A stretch of 64,000 nt of DNA from Candidatus Kaiserbacteria bacterium (GTDB lineage: Bacteria; Patescibacteriota; Minisyncoccia; Phycocordibacterales; UBA2100), in NCBI GenBank assembly GCA_016217925.1, contig JACRFK010000003.1, forward strand, positions 143,656-207,655, in the 5' to 3' direction. Below the pieces are notes generated by a model. It was not told where the DNA came from, made no database searches, and was given only the letters and a program-made list of their open reading frames with translations. The first letter of the stretch is position 1. Each line of letters begins with the position of its first letter. Positions 50,565-60,809 of the stretch are shown piece after piece. Both the position numbers and the translations under genes were made by a program.

Positions 50565-51349
50565 AGCCTGCCGTTGCGCTCCCATCGCACAATATTGGAG
50601 ACGACTCCATACCGCGCCTCGTTCGTCCACTCACTCAAACTGAAAAAATCGCCTGCGCCCGCATCCTGTTTCTGCGCAGGTACGTCCTCCCCGGCAAGTA
50701 TCCGTTTGGCGATATCAATATACTTTTTGCGCGTCTCATAATTCAACTCGCGGAACATATCTGCCGGAGGCTTCGTCGTGTCGGCCTGTACGCGGGCGAT
50801 GATATCTCCCGTATCTACTCCGTTCGTCACATAGTGGATGGTGTTGCCGATTTTTTCCGTATCGCGCCGGAGCACGGCGAATTGATTCGCTACGGCTCCG
50901 CGATAATGCGGAGAGAACCCCATATGAAGGTTGACCACTTTTTTGGCTGTTTGTATAACGGGGTGCCTTAGGACGGAACCACCGAGAACCATAATGAGGT
51001 CGGGCGAGAGGCGTTCTAGAATTGCACGCGTCTCCTCCGAGTTGATATCCTCGACTTCGAGCGTCTCGGGGTCGTATCCGGGCGATGATTCGAACGGCGA
51101 ACTCTCCCTGAAATACCGTATGACCGCCCCTGTCTCACGGCGCAACCGCAGCAGTATGCCGAACCATAATTCGCGCCAAAAGGTACCCGCGCGCGCAGCC
51201 GTCATCGCACTACGAAAACGCCCGGCGAGCCTCCGGGGTTTCGGTTTTTCGAAGAGTACGAGGTCAACTCCGCGCCCCGTCTCTTTATGAAGGGCATTGA
51301 CGAACGCTTTCTCCGAATCGCCGTAGATGGTAATAAATACAATGCCCAT
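50561..51349 (-). CDS. Formyltransferase family protein
   Basis: NLHMGFSPHYRG...TIH...VDTGDII. Confidence 0.8.
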   Translation of the reverse strand: MGIVFITIYGDSEKAFVNALHKETGRGVDLVLFEKPKPRRLAGRFRSAMTAARAGTFWRELWFGILLRLRRETGAVIRYFRESSPFESSPGYDPETLEVEDINSEETRAILERLSPDLIMVLGGSVLRHPVIQTAKKVVNLHMGFSPHYRGAVANQFAVLRRDTEKIGNTIHYVTNGVDTGDIIARVQADTTKPPADMFRELNYETRKKYIDIAKRILAGEDVPAQKQDAGAGDFFSLSEWTNEARYGVVSNIVRWERNGRL

Positions 51350-51429
51350 AGTACCGAAAATTGTATTCACTGATTCTACCATCCCTCAGCGGAGTTGAGG
51401 CGTGGACCGTCCGGAGTTACAATTGCGCC

Positions 51430-51600
51430 ATGCGGGATGTGGAGCACGCAGAGTGGCTGGAGGACGAAAAGGCCCGTAAGGCGGCTGCAAAAGCGAACCA
51501 TAAGTCGCTGCCCATTCCGCCCAAGAAGGCTGACGAAAAAAAGAAGGAAGGACCTGCCGACGATATGGAAGAGCGTGTGTGGTGGCGCGGCGAGACGTAA
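51430..51600 (+). CDS. Small charged hypothetical protein (56 aa)
   Basis: TACAAT 6 nt before ATG; fills the intergenic gap. Confidence 0.55.
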   Translation: MRDVEHAEWLEDEKARKAAAKANHKSLPIPPKKADEKKKEGPADDMEERVWWRGET

Positions 51601-51606
51601 TCGCCT

Positions 51607-52017
51607 TTAGATAAAAAAGCGGAAAAAATATACGGCCGCGGTAGCTCCTACGCCGTTGTCCAGAATATCTTTGTAGGTGTCCGCCATGCTGTGATGCGCG
51701 GGATAATAACCGTGGGCTATGCCGTAGAAGACATCAAAACCGTACTCTAAAAATTCCCAGCCCAGCCCGATGAGCATCACGAGAGAAAATACGAACAGGC
51801 GGTCCGTGCGGCGAATGACGTTGGGATAGAGGAAAAACAGCACCAGCCACGCGCCGAATATTATGTGCACCGGGATGTCTATGTCGGGCCAGGCGTAATA
51901 CAAAGGCAGTGAAATATCCGGGCGGCTCATAAATGCCCACACATGGATGAGTAGGAAAACCGCGGCGAGCGTGATTAGCGCTCCGCCATGCCGCGACAAA
52001 AACAATTTAGAATTCAT
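51607..52017 (-). CDS. Membrane protein (VanZ/DUF2238-like)
   Basis: DIPVH...GWEFLE...DT.KD...N..G. Confidence 0.7.
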   Translation of the reverse strand: MNSKLFLSRHGGALITLAAVFLLIHVWAFMSRPDISLPLYYAWPDIDIPVHIIFGAWLVLFFLYPNVIRRTDRLFVFSLVMLIGLGWEFLEYGFDVFYGIAHGYYPAHHSMADTYKDILDNGVGATAAVYFFRFFI

Positions 52018-52033
52018 AGGTAGAAGAATCCTA

Positions 52034-52279
52034 TCACGGCCGTATCAGCGCCAATTTCTCTTGTCGCGTGAGGCGTTTTATCCCGGCTTCCCGCGCACGG
52101 GCTTTTGCAAGCGAGCGGAAACGTTCGAAATGCACGAGGACAACCGGCCGGCGGATTTTGGTGTAGTGCGCGCCCGCTTTCGCGCCGTTGTGTTGCCTAA
52201 GCCTTTTCTCCAGGTCATTCGTGCAGCCGACGTAGAGCGTTGTGTCGGCACATTCCAGAATATAGGTAAAATGATACAT
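52034..52279 (-). CDS. Small GIY-YIG nuclease (UPF0213)
   Basis: YILECAD.TLYVG.T.DLEKRL.QHN. Confidence 0.9.
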   Translation of the reverse strand: MYHFTYILECADTTLYVGCTNDLEKRLRQHNGAKAGAHYTKIRRPVVLVHFERFRSLAKARAREAGIKRLTRQEKLALIRP

Positions 52280-52308
52280 GTAGTGGTAGTCTACTACTTC
52301 AGCAATAT

Positions 52309-53103
52309 ATGAATACCGACGAAGCCGAATTCCCCATGCGTCCCGTTAGAAATCGCGGACGACTCGTAAAACATCCCACTAGGCAGAGCCCAGGGATTCC
52401 GGTTCCGCGTCCTATTTCTAACGGGATGCGGATAAATAAGTACCTCGCGCGAGAGAAGTACTGCACGCGGCGCGAGGCGGATGAGTTCATCAAAAAAGGG
52501 CTCGTTTCTATCAATGGCCGCCCGGCGGTCCTCGGTGACAAAGTGAAAAAGGACGACAAGGTCGAGGTGAAATGGCGGCAGACCAAACACCGGTACTTCG
52601 CATACAACAAGCCGCGCGGCATTATTACGCACTCGGCACAGGAGGGAGAAGAGGAGATCAAAGAGATATTGCCGGTAGAAGGCGTATTCCCCGTCGGACG
52701 CCTCGACAAGGATTCGTACGGACTCATTATTCTCACAGACGACGGCCGCATCACCGACGCACTTCTCAATCCCGAACGTGCCCATGAAAAAGAATACGAG
52801 GTAAGGACCACAGATGCATTGCCCGCGAATTTCAAGGCGAAAATGGAAAAAGGCGTCGACATCGGCGGCTATGTGACGAAGCCGTGCAAAGTCGAGATTC
52901 TCGGCGACCGCAAGTTTGCCATCACACTTACGGAGGGCAAGAAGCACCAAATACGCCGCATGTGCGGATTTTTCGGCGCGAGCACATCCAATCTGGAGAG
53001 GAAACGCATTATGAACATCACGCTCGGCGGCCTGAAGCCCGGCGAGTATCGGACGATACAGGGCGCGGAATTGGAAACGTTTATGAAGAGTCTCGGGTTC
53101 TAG
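52309..53103 (+). CDS. RsuA/RluB-family pseudouridine synthase with a 30-aa insertion
   Basis: S4 domain RINKYLA, GRLDKDS.GL, EGKKHQIRRM. Confidence 0.92.
   Translation: MNTDEAEFPMRPVRNRGRLVKHPTRQSPGIPVPRPISNGMRINKYLAREKYCTRREADEFIKKGLVSINGRPAVLGDKVKKDDKVEVKWRQTKHRYFAYNKPRGIITHSAQEGEEEIKEILPVEGVFPVGRLDKDSYGLIILTDDGRITDALLNPERAHEKEYEVRTTDALPANFKAKMEKGVDIGGYVTKPCKVEILGDRKFAITLTEGKKHQIRRMCGFFGASTSNLERKRIMNITLGGLKPGEYRTIQGAELETFMKSLGF
52341..52426. mobile_element. In-frame MITE with TIR TCCCGTTAGAAAT and TSD TGCG
   Basis: 13-bp perfect TIRs; TGCG at 52337-52340 and 52427-52430; 90 nt added. Confidence 0.85.
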
Positions 53104-53291
53104 GGACCTCCGCTGCAGGGCAGACTTCTCAGCGGTCGCTGGCCGATGGCTGCTGCCATCGGCACCTTCGGCACTCACGTGCCTGCGGTCCGCGCTCTCA
53201 GTCTCGCCCGTCCGGGGTCGGCAGACGACGCGGCTGCGAAGACCGCTAAAAAGCCCGCCCCTTGCTCCAGTTAATGGTTTACGGACGTGCC

Positions 53292-54104
53292 CTAGAGTAA
53301 ATGTATCTCTCTGCCCGGGAGGTGCGCTTCGGCTTCGAGAACAATTTTCTCCATTTCGGTAACCGCTTCTATGGGATACGCGCCGCGCGCGGTTTCTTCG
53401 GAGAGCATGACCGCATCCGAGCCGAGCCCGATAGCGTATGCGACGTCGGTAACTTCCGCACGCGTCGGCTCCGGATTCGTAAGCATTGAGAGCATCATCT
53501 GCGTCGCCGTGATGACCGGTTTACCCGCGCGATTGCATTTTTCGATGAGCTCGCGCTCGATAAAAGGTATCTGCTCGATGGGGACTTCGTGACCAAGGTC
53601 GCCCCTGCCTATCATGACGGCGTCCGAGGCCGCGATAATTTCATCGGCGCGCTCCACCGCACACTTGCGTTCTATCTTTGCAATGACGCATGCACTCCCG
53701 CCGGCCGCACGTATTGCACTCCGCGCTTCTTCCACATCTTCCTTCCGGCCCACGTACGAGACACAGACGTACTCCACACCCTTCGAGAGACCGAAGCGCA
53801 GGTCATCCATATCCTTTTTCGTAAGCAAGGCCTGCCCGTCGTGGTGATTCGCCGCATCAAAATGATGTTCTGTATCGGTTTGTTTGCGCGGACCCGAGAG
53901 GTCAAGGATGATGGGGATACGCACTCCCGCATCAGCCGAGACCGCACGGAGCGCATCTATGTAAGAAGCATGTTCCTCATGCGTGCCCCACGACAAATTC
54001 AGGCGCATCACATCCATGTGATGCCGCACCATCTCGCGCAGTATTTCCGGAGTCCCGCTTTTCGGGCCGATGGTCGCGACTATCTGTGAGCGTGATGCTG
54101 CCAT
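53292..54104 (-). CDS. pyk: Pyruvate kinase, A-domain-only form
   Basis: IVATIGP, AKIE, GRGDLG, TATQM, RAEVTDV, DAVMLS.ETA.G.YP. Confidence 0.88.
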   Translation of the reverse strand: MAASRSQIVATIGPKSGTPEILREMVRHHMDVMRLNLSWGTHEEHASYIDALRAVSADAGVRIPIILDLSGPRKQTDTEHHFDAANHHDGQALLTKKDMDDLRFGLSKGVEYVCVSYVGRKEDVEEARSAIRAAGGSACVIAKIERKCAVERADEIIAASDAVMIGRGDLGHEVPIEQIPFIERELIEKCNRAGKPVITATQMMLSMLTNPEPTRAEVTDVAYAIGLGSDAVMLSEETARGAYPIEAVTEMEKIVLEAEAHLPGREIHLL

Positions 54105-54112
54105 AGGTACCA

Positions 54113-55390
54113 TTATCGGGGCGTGAGGAGAAAATACCAATCGGAGACGTTGGCATCCAGACGGCCCGTCAGAATCTCATCCCCCGTCGCCTCAAAGACG
54201 GGAATCGTGTCGAGGCGCGCGCGATACGGTGCCAGGTCTATCTTCTTTTCTTCGATGCGCTGTATGGTGCCGCCATCCACGATGGCCCCCGCCTCATCGC
54301 TGTTGTCGCTGCCGTCCGACGCGGCTGCGACGAAGACGTCGTCGGGCCCGAGAGCGCGCAGCGCCTCCATCGCAAGGAATTGGCAGCGGCCTCCCGTCCC
54401 GTGGTCTTCGGGTATTTGGAGCTGGACTTCTCCGCCCGCAAGGACGACGCGCCCCGCCGCGGACTGTCCGAATATTTTTGCGAGCGCCGGTCCGGGAAAT
54501 TCATACAGCGGCTTATCGAGAATGAGAGCTTCATAGCCGAGCGAGCGCGCCGCGTCGGCCATCTTTTGGATAGAGTCTTCGTTGGAAATGAGGACGATGT
54601 TGGTGACCTTCTCGAAGTATTTCGGGTCTTTCGGAGTTTCGCGCAACACGAACTTGTCTTCCAGTTTGTAACGCTTCAATATTTCCTGCGCGTCCGCATT
54701 GGTGGATGTGTCCGGGTACGTCGGGCCGGAGGCGACTTCTTCGGGGTTGCCGCCCACGATGTCGGAAAATACAAGCCCGATGACCGTCGCCGGATAGAGC
54801 GCCTCGGCGAGCCCTCCGCCTTTCAAATCGGCTATGTGCTTGCGCACGGTGTTCAGTTCCCGTATGGTCGCGCCGACGTGCTCGAAATCCTCGAACAGCT
54901 TGATATTTTGGTCGCACTCCGCGCTCGACGAGCACAGGAGTGACGAGCCTCCGCCTGCAACGATGACGAAGACGAGGTCGTCCTCCCCCGCTTCTTCCGC
55001 CACCCCCATCACGACCTTGGTCGCTTCCACATTCGCGTCCGACGGCATCGGATGCGTGCCGACGAATGCTTCAATAGCCGAAGGGCACGTGGTGAGTATC
55101 GTCCTGTCTATCACGACTGTCTTCTTGAGACGCGTGCTGAGTATTTTGTAGAGCTCATATGTGGCAGAGCACGCCCCTTTGCCGAAACCGACCAAATACA
55201 CATTTTTGAAGGGCCGCATATCAAATGTGCGGCCGCGAATGTTGATGACGTCGCCCGTTACCGAAATATTCTCTTGTATCACGCGCTCGGTGAGCACCGC
55301 GTCATATCCGGCCTCCAATATTTCGAGCGCATCCCTGCGCGGCTTATCAGTCGCAAGCTTTTCGTAATTGATGATGCGATTGGGCCTCAT
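54113..55390 (-). CDS. Glycerate 2-kinase (MOFRL family)
   Basis: GFGKG, HPMP, GGGSSL, LNTVRKH...KGG.LA, GGE, GGRCQ, SDG.D. Confidence 0.88.
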   Translation of the reverse strand: MRPNRIINYEKLATDKPRRDALEILEAGYDAVLTERVIQENISVTGDVINIRGRTFDMRPFKNVYLVGFGKGACSATYELYKILSTRLKKTVVIDRTILTTCPSAIEAFVGTHPMPSDANVEATKVVMGVAEEAGEDDLVFVIVAGGGSSLLCSSSAECDQNIKLFEDFEHVGATIRELNTVRKHIADLKGGGLAEALYPATVIGLVFSDIVGGNPEEVASGPTYPDTSTNADAQEILKRYKLEDKFVLRETPKDPKYFEKVTNIVLISNEDSIQKMADAARSLGYEALILDKPLYEFPGPALAKIFGQSAAGRVVLAGGEVQLQIPEDHGTGGRCQFLAMEALRALGPDDVFVAAASDGSDNSDEAGAIVDGGTIQRIEEKKIDLAPYRARLDTIPVFEATGDEILTGRLDANVSDWYFLLTPR

Positions 55391-56382
55391 ACGCCCTTCG
55401 CGCCGGAAACATATTCGGTGATGGCACCCACGGCGCGCGATACGCGGTCAGTGTCCGCTTCCTTAGAGTGAAATGCGATGTGCGGCGTCACGATGACATT
55501 GGGCATATCCATGAGCATGTGGTCGCCGACGAGCGGTCGCAGGTCGTGGTCCGGCGAGACCCGCATTTTGATGATGGCTCCTTCCTTGTGCAGCTCGCGT
55601 TCGCCTTCGAGCACGTCGAGTCCGGCGCCGGCCACCTTGCCGCTTCGAAGCGCATCAACAAACGCGACCGTGTCCACCACCTCGCCGCGCGCCGTGTTGA
55701 CGAGAATGACCCCTTGCTTCATGCGCGCAAAGACTTCCGCGTTAATAAGGTGATGCGTCTCCTTCATGTAAGGCACGTGGAGTGTGATGACATCCGCCTG
55801 CGCCGCAAGGTCGAGAAGCGGGACATAGGTGAATCCGAGCTCCGCCGCACGCGCGGAATCGGGATGCACATCGAATGCGATGATTTTCATTCCGAAACCG
55901 CGCGCAATTTCCGCCACATGCATACCGATGCGCCCCGTCCCCACGATGCCGAGTGTTTTACCCTGCAAATCAAAACCCTGAAAAGCGCGCACATCAAACG
56001 TGCCGCTTTCGCGCACTTCCTGCGATGCGAAATTAATGTGTCGCGACAGGTTGAGCATGAGGCCGAAGGTAAATTCAGCTACGGAGCTGACTCCGTAGCC
56101 GGGGACGTTCGCCACCTTGATGCCCTTCTCCTTCGCATACGTCATGTCTATGTGGTCGGTTCCGGTGGATTCCGCGACGACGAGCTTCACGCCCGGCATT
56201 GCGTCAATCACCGCTTTTGAGACATCGCAGTCCACAAAGACCGCGATAGCCTCCGCTCCCGCGGCAAGCGCGGCATTCTGGAGCGAAAGCGGCTCCTGGA
56301 TAAAAACGACTTCGTGCCCCGTGAGGGCGGCAGTAAAAAGGCCTTCGGTATCCGCAAACGAACTAAACCGCACAATTTTCAT
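55387..56382 (-). CDS. D-isomer-specific 2-hydroxyacid dehydrogenase
   Basis: GTGRIG, NTARG, LDVLEGE, TPHIA. Confidence 0.9.
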   Translation of the reverse strand: MKIVRFSSFADTEGLFTAALTGHEVVFIQEPLSLQNAALAAGAEAIAVFVDCDVSKAVIDAMPGVKLVVAESTGTDHIDMTYAKEKGIKVANVPGYGVSSVAEFTFGLMLNLSRHINFASQEVRESGTFDVRAFQGFDLQGKTLGIVGTGRIGMHVAEIARGFGMKIIAFDVHPDSARAAELGFTYVPLLDLAAQADVITLHVPYMKETHHLINAEVFARMKQGVILVNTARGEVVDTVAFVDALRSGKVAGAGLDVLEGERELHKEGAIIKMRVSPDHDLRPLVGDHMLMDMPNVIVTPHIAFHSKEADTDRVSRAVGAITEYVSGAKGV

Positions 56383-56434
56383 GTCCGCATTATAACCCGT
56401 GGCTGGGGCGAAGTAGATGAGGTTGTAAAATGCT

Positions 56435-56698
56435 CTAGGCGCCGTGCACTTTGTTCCACACCGTAGAAAGTATAAACCCCACAGCGTAGCCGATGCAGGC
56501 TGCGACGACGATGACCGTAAGCGACGCTACGGCGTCAAACGGCAAGAAGGCAGGACCGGACTGCACCATGTGCGCCCACATGGAGAAATTTACAAGCGGC
56601 TGCGCCCAGCCGAGGAGAATAAGAACCGAAAAGACGACATGGAACCCGCCGAGCATTATGGCACCTACGAGTCCCGCTTTGTGTGCATTTGTATTCAT
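56435..56698 (-). CDS. Small two-helix membrane protein
   Basis: Two hydrophobic helices; conserved-looking His residues. Confidence 0.65.
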   Translation of the reverse strand: MNTNAHKAGLVGAIMLGGFHVVFSVLILLGWAQPLVNFSMWAHMVQSGPAFLPFDAVASLTVIVVAACIGYAVGFILSTVWNKVHGA

Positions 56699-56898
56699 AA
56701 AAATAGCAAAACTGTTAAAAGGTTGCTAATGCACTAAGCCTACCCCCGCAGCGTTTCCTGTCCAGCGCCCCCCGTCGCACAAAAATCATTCTAACGTTTT
56801 GCAAAACGTTAGAACGTTGTGGGGGTACTGGGGGGATTGGGTAGAGATGCCTCAACAGCCAGTGAAGCGTTTGGCGGGCCTGCCTGCGCAGGCAGGGC

Positions 56899-57201
56899 TT
56901 AGGCCAGGAGGTCGAGGGTGAACGTAACGGTGTCGCCCGCTTGGATGCCTTCGGCTCTCCGCACCTTGGCCTTGAGCGGCAGGATGTAGGTGCCCGAACG
57001 CTTGTCGGGAAAAATAGATGTTTCCCACGTCGTTTTCCCTATGCGGACTTTTACACGCACGGCGCCGAATCCCCTGCGCGGCCCCGTATACTTTTTGCGT
57101 ATCTCTTCCGAGTGCTTTTTGTCCACGTAAGCAAAACGCCAAGCACCTTGCGCGCCCGGCCACAGCACGACTTCCGAGCGGAGCTTGTACGTTTTCGCCA
57201 T
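56899..57201 (-). CDS. DUF1905 domain protein
   Basis: RGFG.VRV...IG.T.W.TSIFP....Y.LPLK..VR. Confidence 0.85.
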   Translation of the reverse strand: MAKTYKLRSEVVLWPGAQGAWRFAYVDKKHSEEIRKKYTGPRRGFGAVRVKVRIGKTTWETSIFPDKRSGTYILPLKAKVRRAEGIQAGDTVTFTLDLLA

Positions 57202-57209
57202 AGGAACAA

Positions 57210-58667
57210 TTATTTCTCAAGGTCGAGGGTGTCGTCAATCCTGATTTTACCCACGAATTCGGGGACGTGGGAGACGAGTATCATCGCGCCGTCGTATTCA
57301 TCGAGCGCTTTTGCAATGACAGGCAAGTGGCGGAAGTTGATGTGATTGGTCGGCTCGTCGAGGATGAGCAGGCCCGGCTTCATAAGAACCAAACGCGCGA
57401 ATGCGACGAGCCCTTTCTGCCCTTCCGAAAGATGTCCGATTTTCGTCTGGATGAGATCGCCTGTGATGAGGAATCCAGCCGCGACGTGACGCATGTCACT
57501 TTCAACTTCTTTCTCCATGACCCCCGCCAGCTCCTCGTACACGGTGGAATTGAAATCGAGGTTGGAAAAATCCTGACGGTAGTAGCCCACTTTCACACCC
57601 TTGGTGATGATGGCTCCGGCCGCAGTGCCATTCGCCAGCGATTCGAGCAGTGTGGATTTGCCGATGCCATTCGGCCCTTTTAGCAGCAGGTGCTGATTCT
57701 TGCGGAGCGAAAGCTCTTTTTTCTTGATGACCGGTTTGTAATTCTTGATGGTCTTGAACGAAGTGATATGCAAAAGCTCGCCCGATAGGTTGGGCTGACA
57801 CGGGATATGAAATGATTTGATGGTCTTGTCCTCCTTGCGTACTTCCACCTTGGCTTCTTCCGCCTCCGCGGCTGCCTCGCGCATGCGCTTGGCGACGAGA
57901 CGCAGCTGTCCACCCTTCATCGCAAAGTAATTCGCTTTCTCTTTTTTGGCGATGATAATTTTTTCCATCTGCGCGTTTTTCATCGCCTCTTTCTCTACGC
58001 GCGCGCTGATTTCCAAGACGACGTCGGAATAGTTGCCCACGTACTGTTCCACTTTGTGCGTGTGCACATCGAGGTAGAGCACGCCGTGTGTGAATGCATT
58101 GAGGAAATCCGCGTCGTGCGAAATGACGATGACGGTCTTTTCGTACTCCACGAGGAATTTCGTGAGATGCGCGATGCCCGCTTTGTCGAGATTATTCGTC
58201 GGCTCGTCGAGCAAAAGTAGGTCCGGCTTCTGAATGAGCGCAGAGGCGAGCAGAAGCCGCGCCTGCTGCCCGCCGGAGAATGTGCTCATTACCCTGTCAT
58301 GAAGTTTTTCGTGATGCTTTAGATTGACGACTTCGAGCACGTCGTCAATGCGCGGGTCTATGTCGTACATTTTTTTAGGGAATACCTTCTGGAAAAATTC
58401 GCGCACGGTGAGCTTGAGCTCATCGCGCGGTATGACCTGTTGCGAAAGGGCGATGGAAAGACCTTTTTCTATATGTATATCGCCCTCTTCGGGCTTGAGC
58501 GCGCCGGTGATGAGCCCAAAAAGTGTGCTTTTGCCGGCTCCATTTTGGCCCATCAGGGTAATCTTCGCGCCGCGGCGTATGGGGAAAGAGACCCCATCAA
58601 GGATTTGTTTGTGGTGGCCGTGCTCAAATGAGACGTCCTCGAACCGGACTATCGTATCTTCAGCCAT
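57210..58667 (-). CDS. ABC-F family ATPase
   Basis: Two ABC domains, no transmembrane segments, LDEPTN twice. Confidence 0.92.
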   Translation of the reverse strand: MAEDTIVRFEDVSFEHGHHKQILDGVSFPIRRGAKITLMGQNGAGKSTLFGLITGALKPEEGDIHIEKGLSIALSQQVIPRDELKLTVREFFQKVFPKKMYDIDPRIDDVLEVVNLKHHEKLHDRVMSTFSGGQQARLLLASALIQKPDLLLLDEPTNNLDKAGIAHLTKFLVEYEKTVIVISHDADFLNAFTHGVLYLDVHTHKVEQYVGNYSDVVLEISARVEKEAMKNAQMEKIIIAKKEKANYFAMKGGQLRLVAKRMREAAAEAEEAKVEVRKEDKTIKSFHIPCQPNLSGELLHITSFKTIKNYKPVIKKKELSLRKNQHLLLKGPNGIGKSTLLESLANGTAAGAIITKGVKVGYYRQDFSNLDFNSTVYEELAGVMEKEVESDMRHVAAGFLITGDLIQTKIGHLSEGQKGLVAFARLVLMKPGLLILDEPTNHINFRHLPVIAKALDEYDGAMILVSHVPEFVGKIRIDDTLDLEK

Positions 58668-58679
58668 TCAGGTGACACA

Positions 58680-59081
58680 CTATACCTGAGGCTGCGCACA
58701 ATGCGAACAGCGCTTGGCCGCGAGCGGTATTTCGCTCAGGCACTCGGTGCATTTTTTCGTAGTCGGATCCTCGGAAGGACCTTTGCGGGCGCGGCCTACG
58801 AGCAGATTCATCGGCTTCACAACAAAAAAGAATATCGTGGAAGCGACGAGGATGAACGAAATGACCGAATTGATGAAATGTCCGTACTTGAATTCGCCTC
58901 CGTTGAATGTGAAAGAGAGCCCGCCCATATCGGGGACGCGGGCCACGGCCGAAATGAAGGGTGTGATGAAATCGGCCACGAGCGCATTCACGATTGCGGT
59001 AAATGCGGCGCCGACAACGACGCCGACCGCGAGGTCGACGACGTTGCCGCGCAGCAAGAATTGTTTGAATTCCCTTAGCAT
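58680..59081 (-). CDS. mscL: Large-conductance mechanosensitive channel with C-terminal zinc ribbon
   Basis: [14 protein letters not shown]; CxxC...CxxC tail. Confidence 0.93.
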   Translation of the reverse strand: MLREFKQFLLRGNVVDLAVGVVVGAAFTAIVNALVADFITPFISAVARVPDMGGLSFTFNGGEFKYGHFINSVISFILVASTIFFFVVKPMNLLVGRARKGPSEDPTTKKCTECLSEIPLAAKRCSHCAQPQV

Positions 59082-59087
59082 ACCCGG

Positions 59088-59564
59088 TTATTTTATCACG
59101 ACACTCTCGATGACCATCGCCTCGAGCGGCCGGTCCGAGGGGCCTGTCAAAGCGGACTCGATAGCATGCACGACTTCCATTCCCGCAACGACGCGTCCGA
59201 AAGTGGTGTGTTTGCCGTCGAGAAAATTGTTGTCGGCGGTGTTGATGAAGAACTGGCTGCCGTTGGTATCGGGGCCGGAGTTTGCCATCGAGATAGTGCC
59301 GATGATGTTGTGATTGTTGTCGCGTATCTCGTCGGCAAATTTGTATCCCGGGCCGCCCGTGCCCCAGCGCGAGCTCAGCGATTCGTCTTTGGTAAACGGG
59401 TCGCCGCCCTGAATCATGAAATCCTTGATGACGCGGTGAAATTTGGTCCCGTCGTAAAATCCCGCTTTGGCGAGCTTCACGAAATTGGCGACCGTGTTCG
59501 GCGCATCGGCTTCGAAAAAATCTATAGTAATGTCGCCCTTGTTGGTGTGGAGTGTTGCTTGCAT
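59088..59564 (-). CDS. Cyclophilin-type peptidyl-prolyl isomerase
   Basis: FHRVI.DFMIQGGD, MAN.GP.TNGSQFFI. Confidence 0.95.
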   Translation of the reverse strand: MQATLHTNKGDITIDFFEADAPNTVANFVKLAKAGFYDGTKFHRVIKDFMIQGGDPFTKDESLSSRWGTGGPGYKFADEIRDNNHNIIGTISMANSGPDTNGSQFFINTADNNFLDGKHTTFGRVVAGMEVVHAIESALTGPSDRPLEAMVIESVVIK

Positions 59565-59574
59565 GTGAGCCGTT

Positions 59575-59877
59575 CTATTTCTGATTCTTCTTCGCGTCGC
59601 GCACTCCTTCGCGGACGCCCGCTGCTATGCCTTTGCCGAGCTTGGAAATGTGGGAAGCCGCTCCCCGCAAGGTCTTGTGCGCGTGGATGGCATCGGCGAC
59701 GACGGTGCGCGCGGCTGTGCGCGCGGCACCCTTCACCTGGACAGGATCTTTGATGATGCGAATTGCGTGCTTGGAAACTTTCTTCGCCTGGACGCCCGTA
59801 ATGCGCGCGAGCTCAGCCCCTTCTTGCGCAATTTTCTTCATCTCGCCATGTATCGTCTTTTTCATATTGTACGGCAC
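59575..59877 (-). CDS. Hypothetical basic protein
   Basis: ORF fills the gap in a co-directional run. Confidence 0.55.
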   Translation of the reverse strand: MPYNMKKTIHGEMKKIAQEGAELARITGVQAKKVSKHAIRIIKDPVQVKGAARTAARTVVADAIHAHKTLRGAASHISKLGKGIAAGVREGVRDAKKNQK

Positions 59878-59885
59878 GTACGCGC

Positions 59886-60758
59886 CTATCGGCTGATTGT
59901 AACATCATGCGCGCCGTCGCGCACAATTCCTTGAAAATCCTTGAACATCCGCTCGGCCGTTGCCCGACCACCGGCGCCAGGACCCTCCGCAACTTTTTCT
60001 CCGTTGATACATATGCAGTTGTTGACGCCCGAGGGGAACCACGATTTATCTTCAAAACTGAGGAACCCGGCGCGTATTCCCTCCTTGCTCAAGACGACGG
60101 CACATCGCGTGTTCTCTTTGTAGGCTTCCGTTTGCACATCTTCCGGAGTGAATACCTTTTCGTACATGCCGGAATGATTGGCGAGTATCGCCGTCTTGTA
60201 CGCGACGTCCTTGAGTTCGTTTTGAAAAACTTCCCGGAGATTGCGTGGACCCTGGTCGGTAAAACCGCGGCTTACTACATCACGGAATATATCGTCTTCT
60301 GCGCGTTTTTGAGACAACGCTCCCGACACGTAGTTAAGGGTCCCGTTGATTACCGCCTTGATTTCCGTAATTGCGCCCCGGTAATCGCTGACGGCGGGAA
60401 GGATACCGGAATTGCCGCCGACGGTCGCCGAGTACCGTATCCGCTCTTTGAACTCCTGAACGAGCTCGAAGTGATGCGCCAGTACGGCCTTCTCACAGGT
60501 CACGATGCGCGCGCCAAGCGCAAGAGACTCCACGTAGTAGTGAAGCATCTCGCTTCCGTCGCCGCGGCTAGGCACGGAAATAAACAGTACCGAGCCGGCA
60601 TCTACGTATTTCGCGAAATTTTCGTTGCCATCTATGAAAGAACCTTTTGAATAAACTCCTGAGCTCCGTACGACGAGCTCTACGGGGATACCGTTCTCAG
60701 CAAGAACCTTCTCCACTTCTTTGCCCACATTCCCGCTCCCTATCAGAATTATTTTCAT
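59886..60758 (-). CDS. hom: Homoserine dehydrogenase, short form
   Basis: GSGNVG, VTCEKA, YSATVGG, INGTLNY, GPGAGG. Confidence 0.8.
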   Translation of the reverse strand: MKIILIGSGNVGKEVEKVLAENGIPVELVVRSSGVYSKGSFIDGNENFAKYVDAGSVLFISVPSRGDGSEMLHYYVESLALGARIVTCEKAVLAHHFELVQEFKERIRYSATVGGNSGILPAVSDYRGAITEIKAVINGTLNYVSGALSQKRAEDDIFRDVVSRGFTDQGPRNLREVFQNELKDVAYKTAILANHSGMYEKVFTPEDVQTEAYKENTRCAVVLSKEGIRAGFLSFEDKSWFPSGVNNCICINGEKVAEGPGAGGRATAERMFKDFQGIVRDGAHDVTISR

Positions 60759-60809
60759 GCAAGGTGGAAGTGCGGTACGCCTGGAGACCCGGGAGGCGGA
60801 GCAATCACA

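Noticed and set aside
51377-51402. CCCTCAGCGGAGTTGAGG weak palindrome
   Set aside because: Single degenerate copy in the window; cannot be supported as a repeat
52034-52279. GIY-YIG nuclease as mobiliser of the nearby MITE
   Set aside because: A common standalone family, not enclosed by TIRs; proximity is the only evidence
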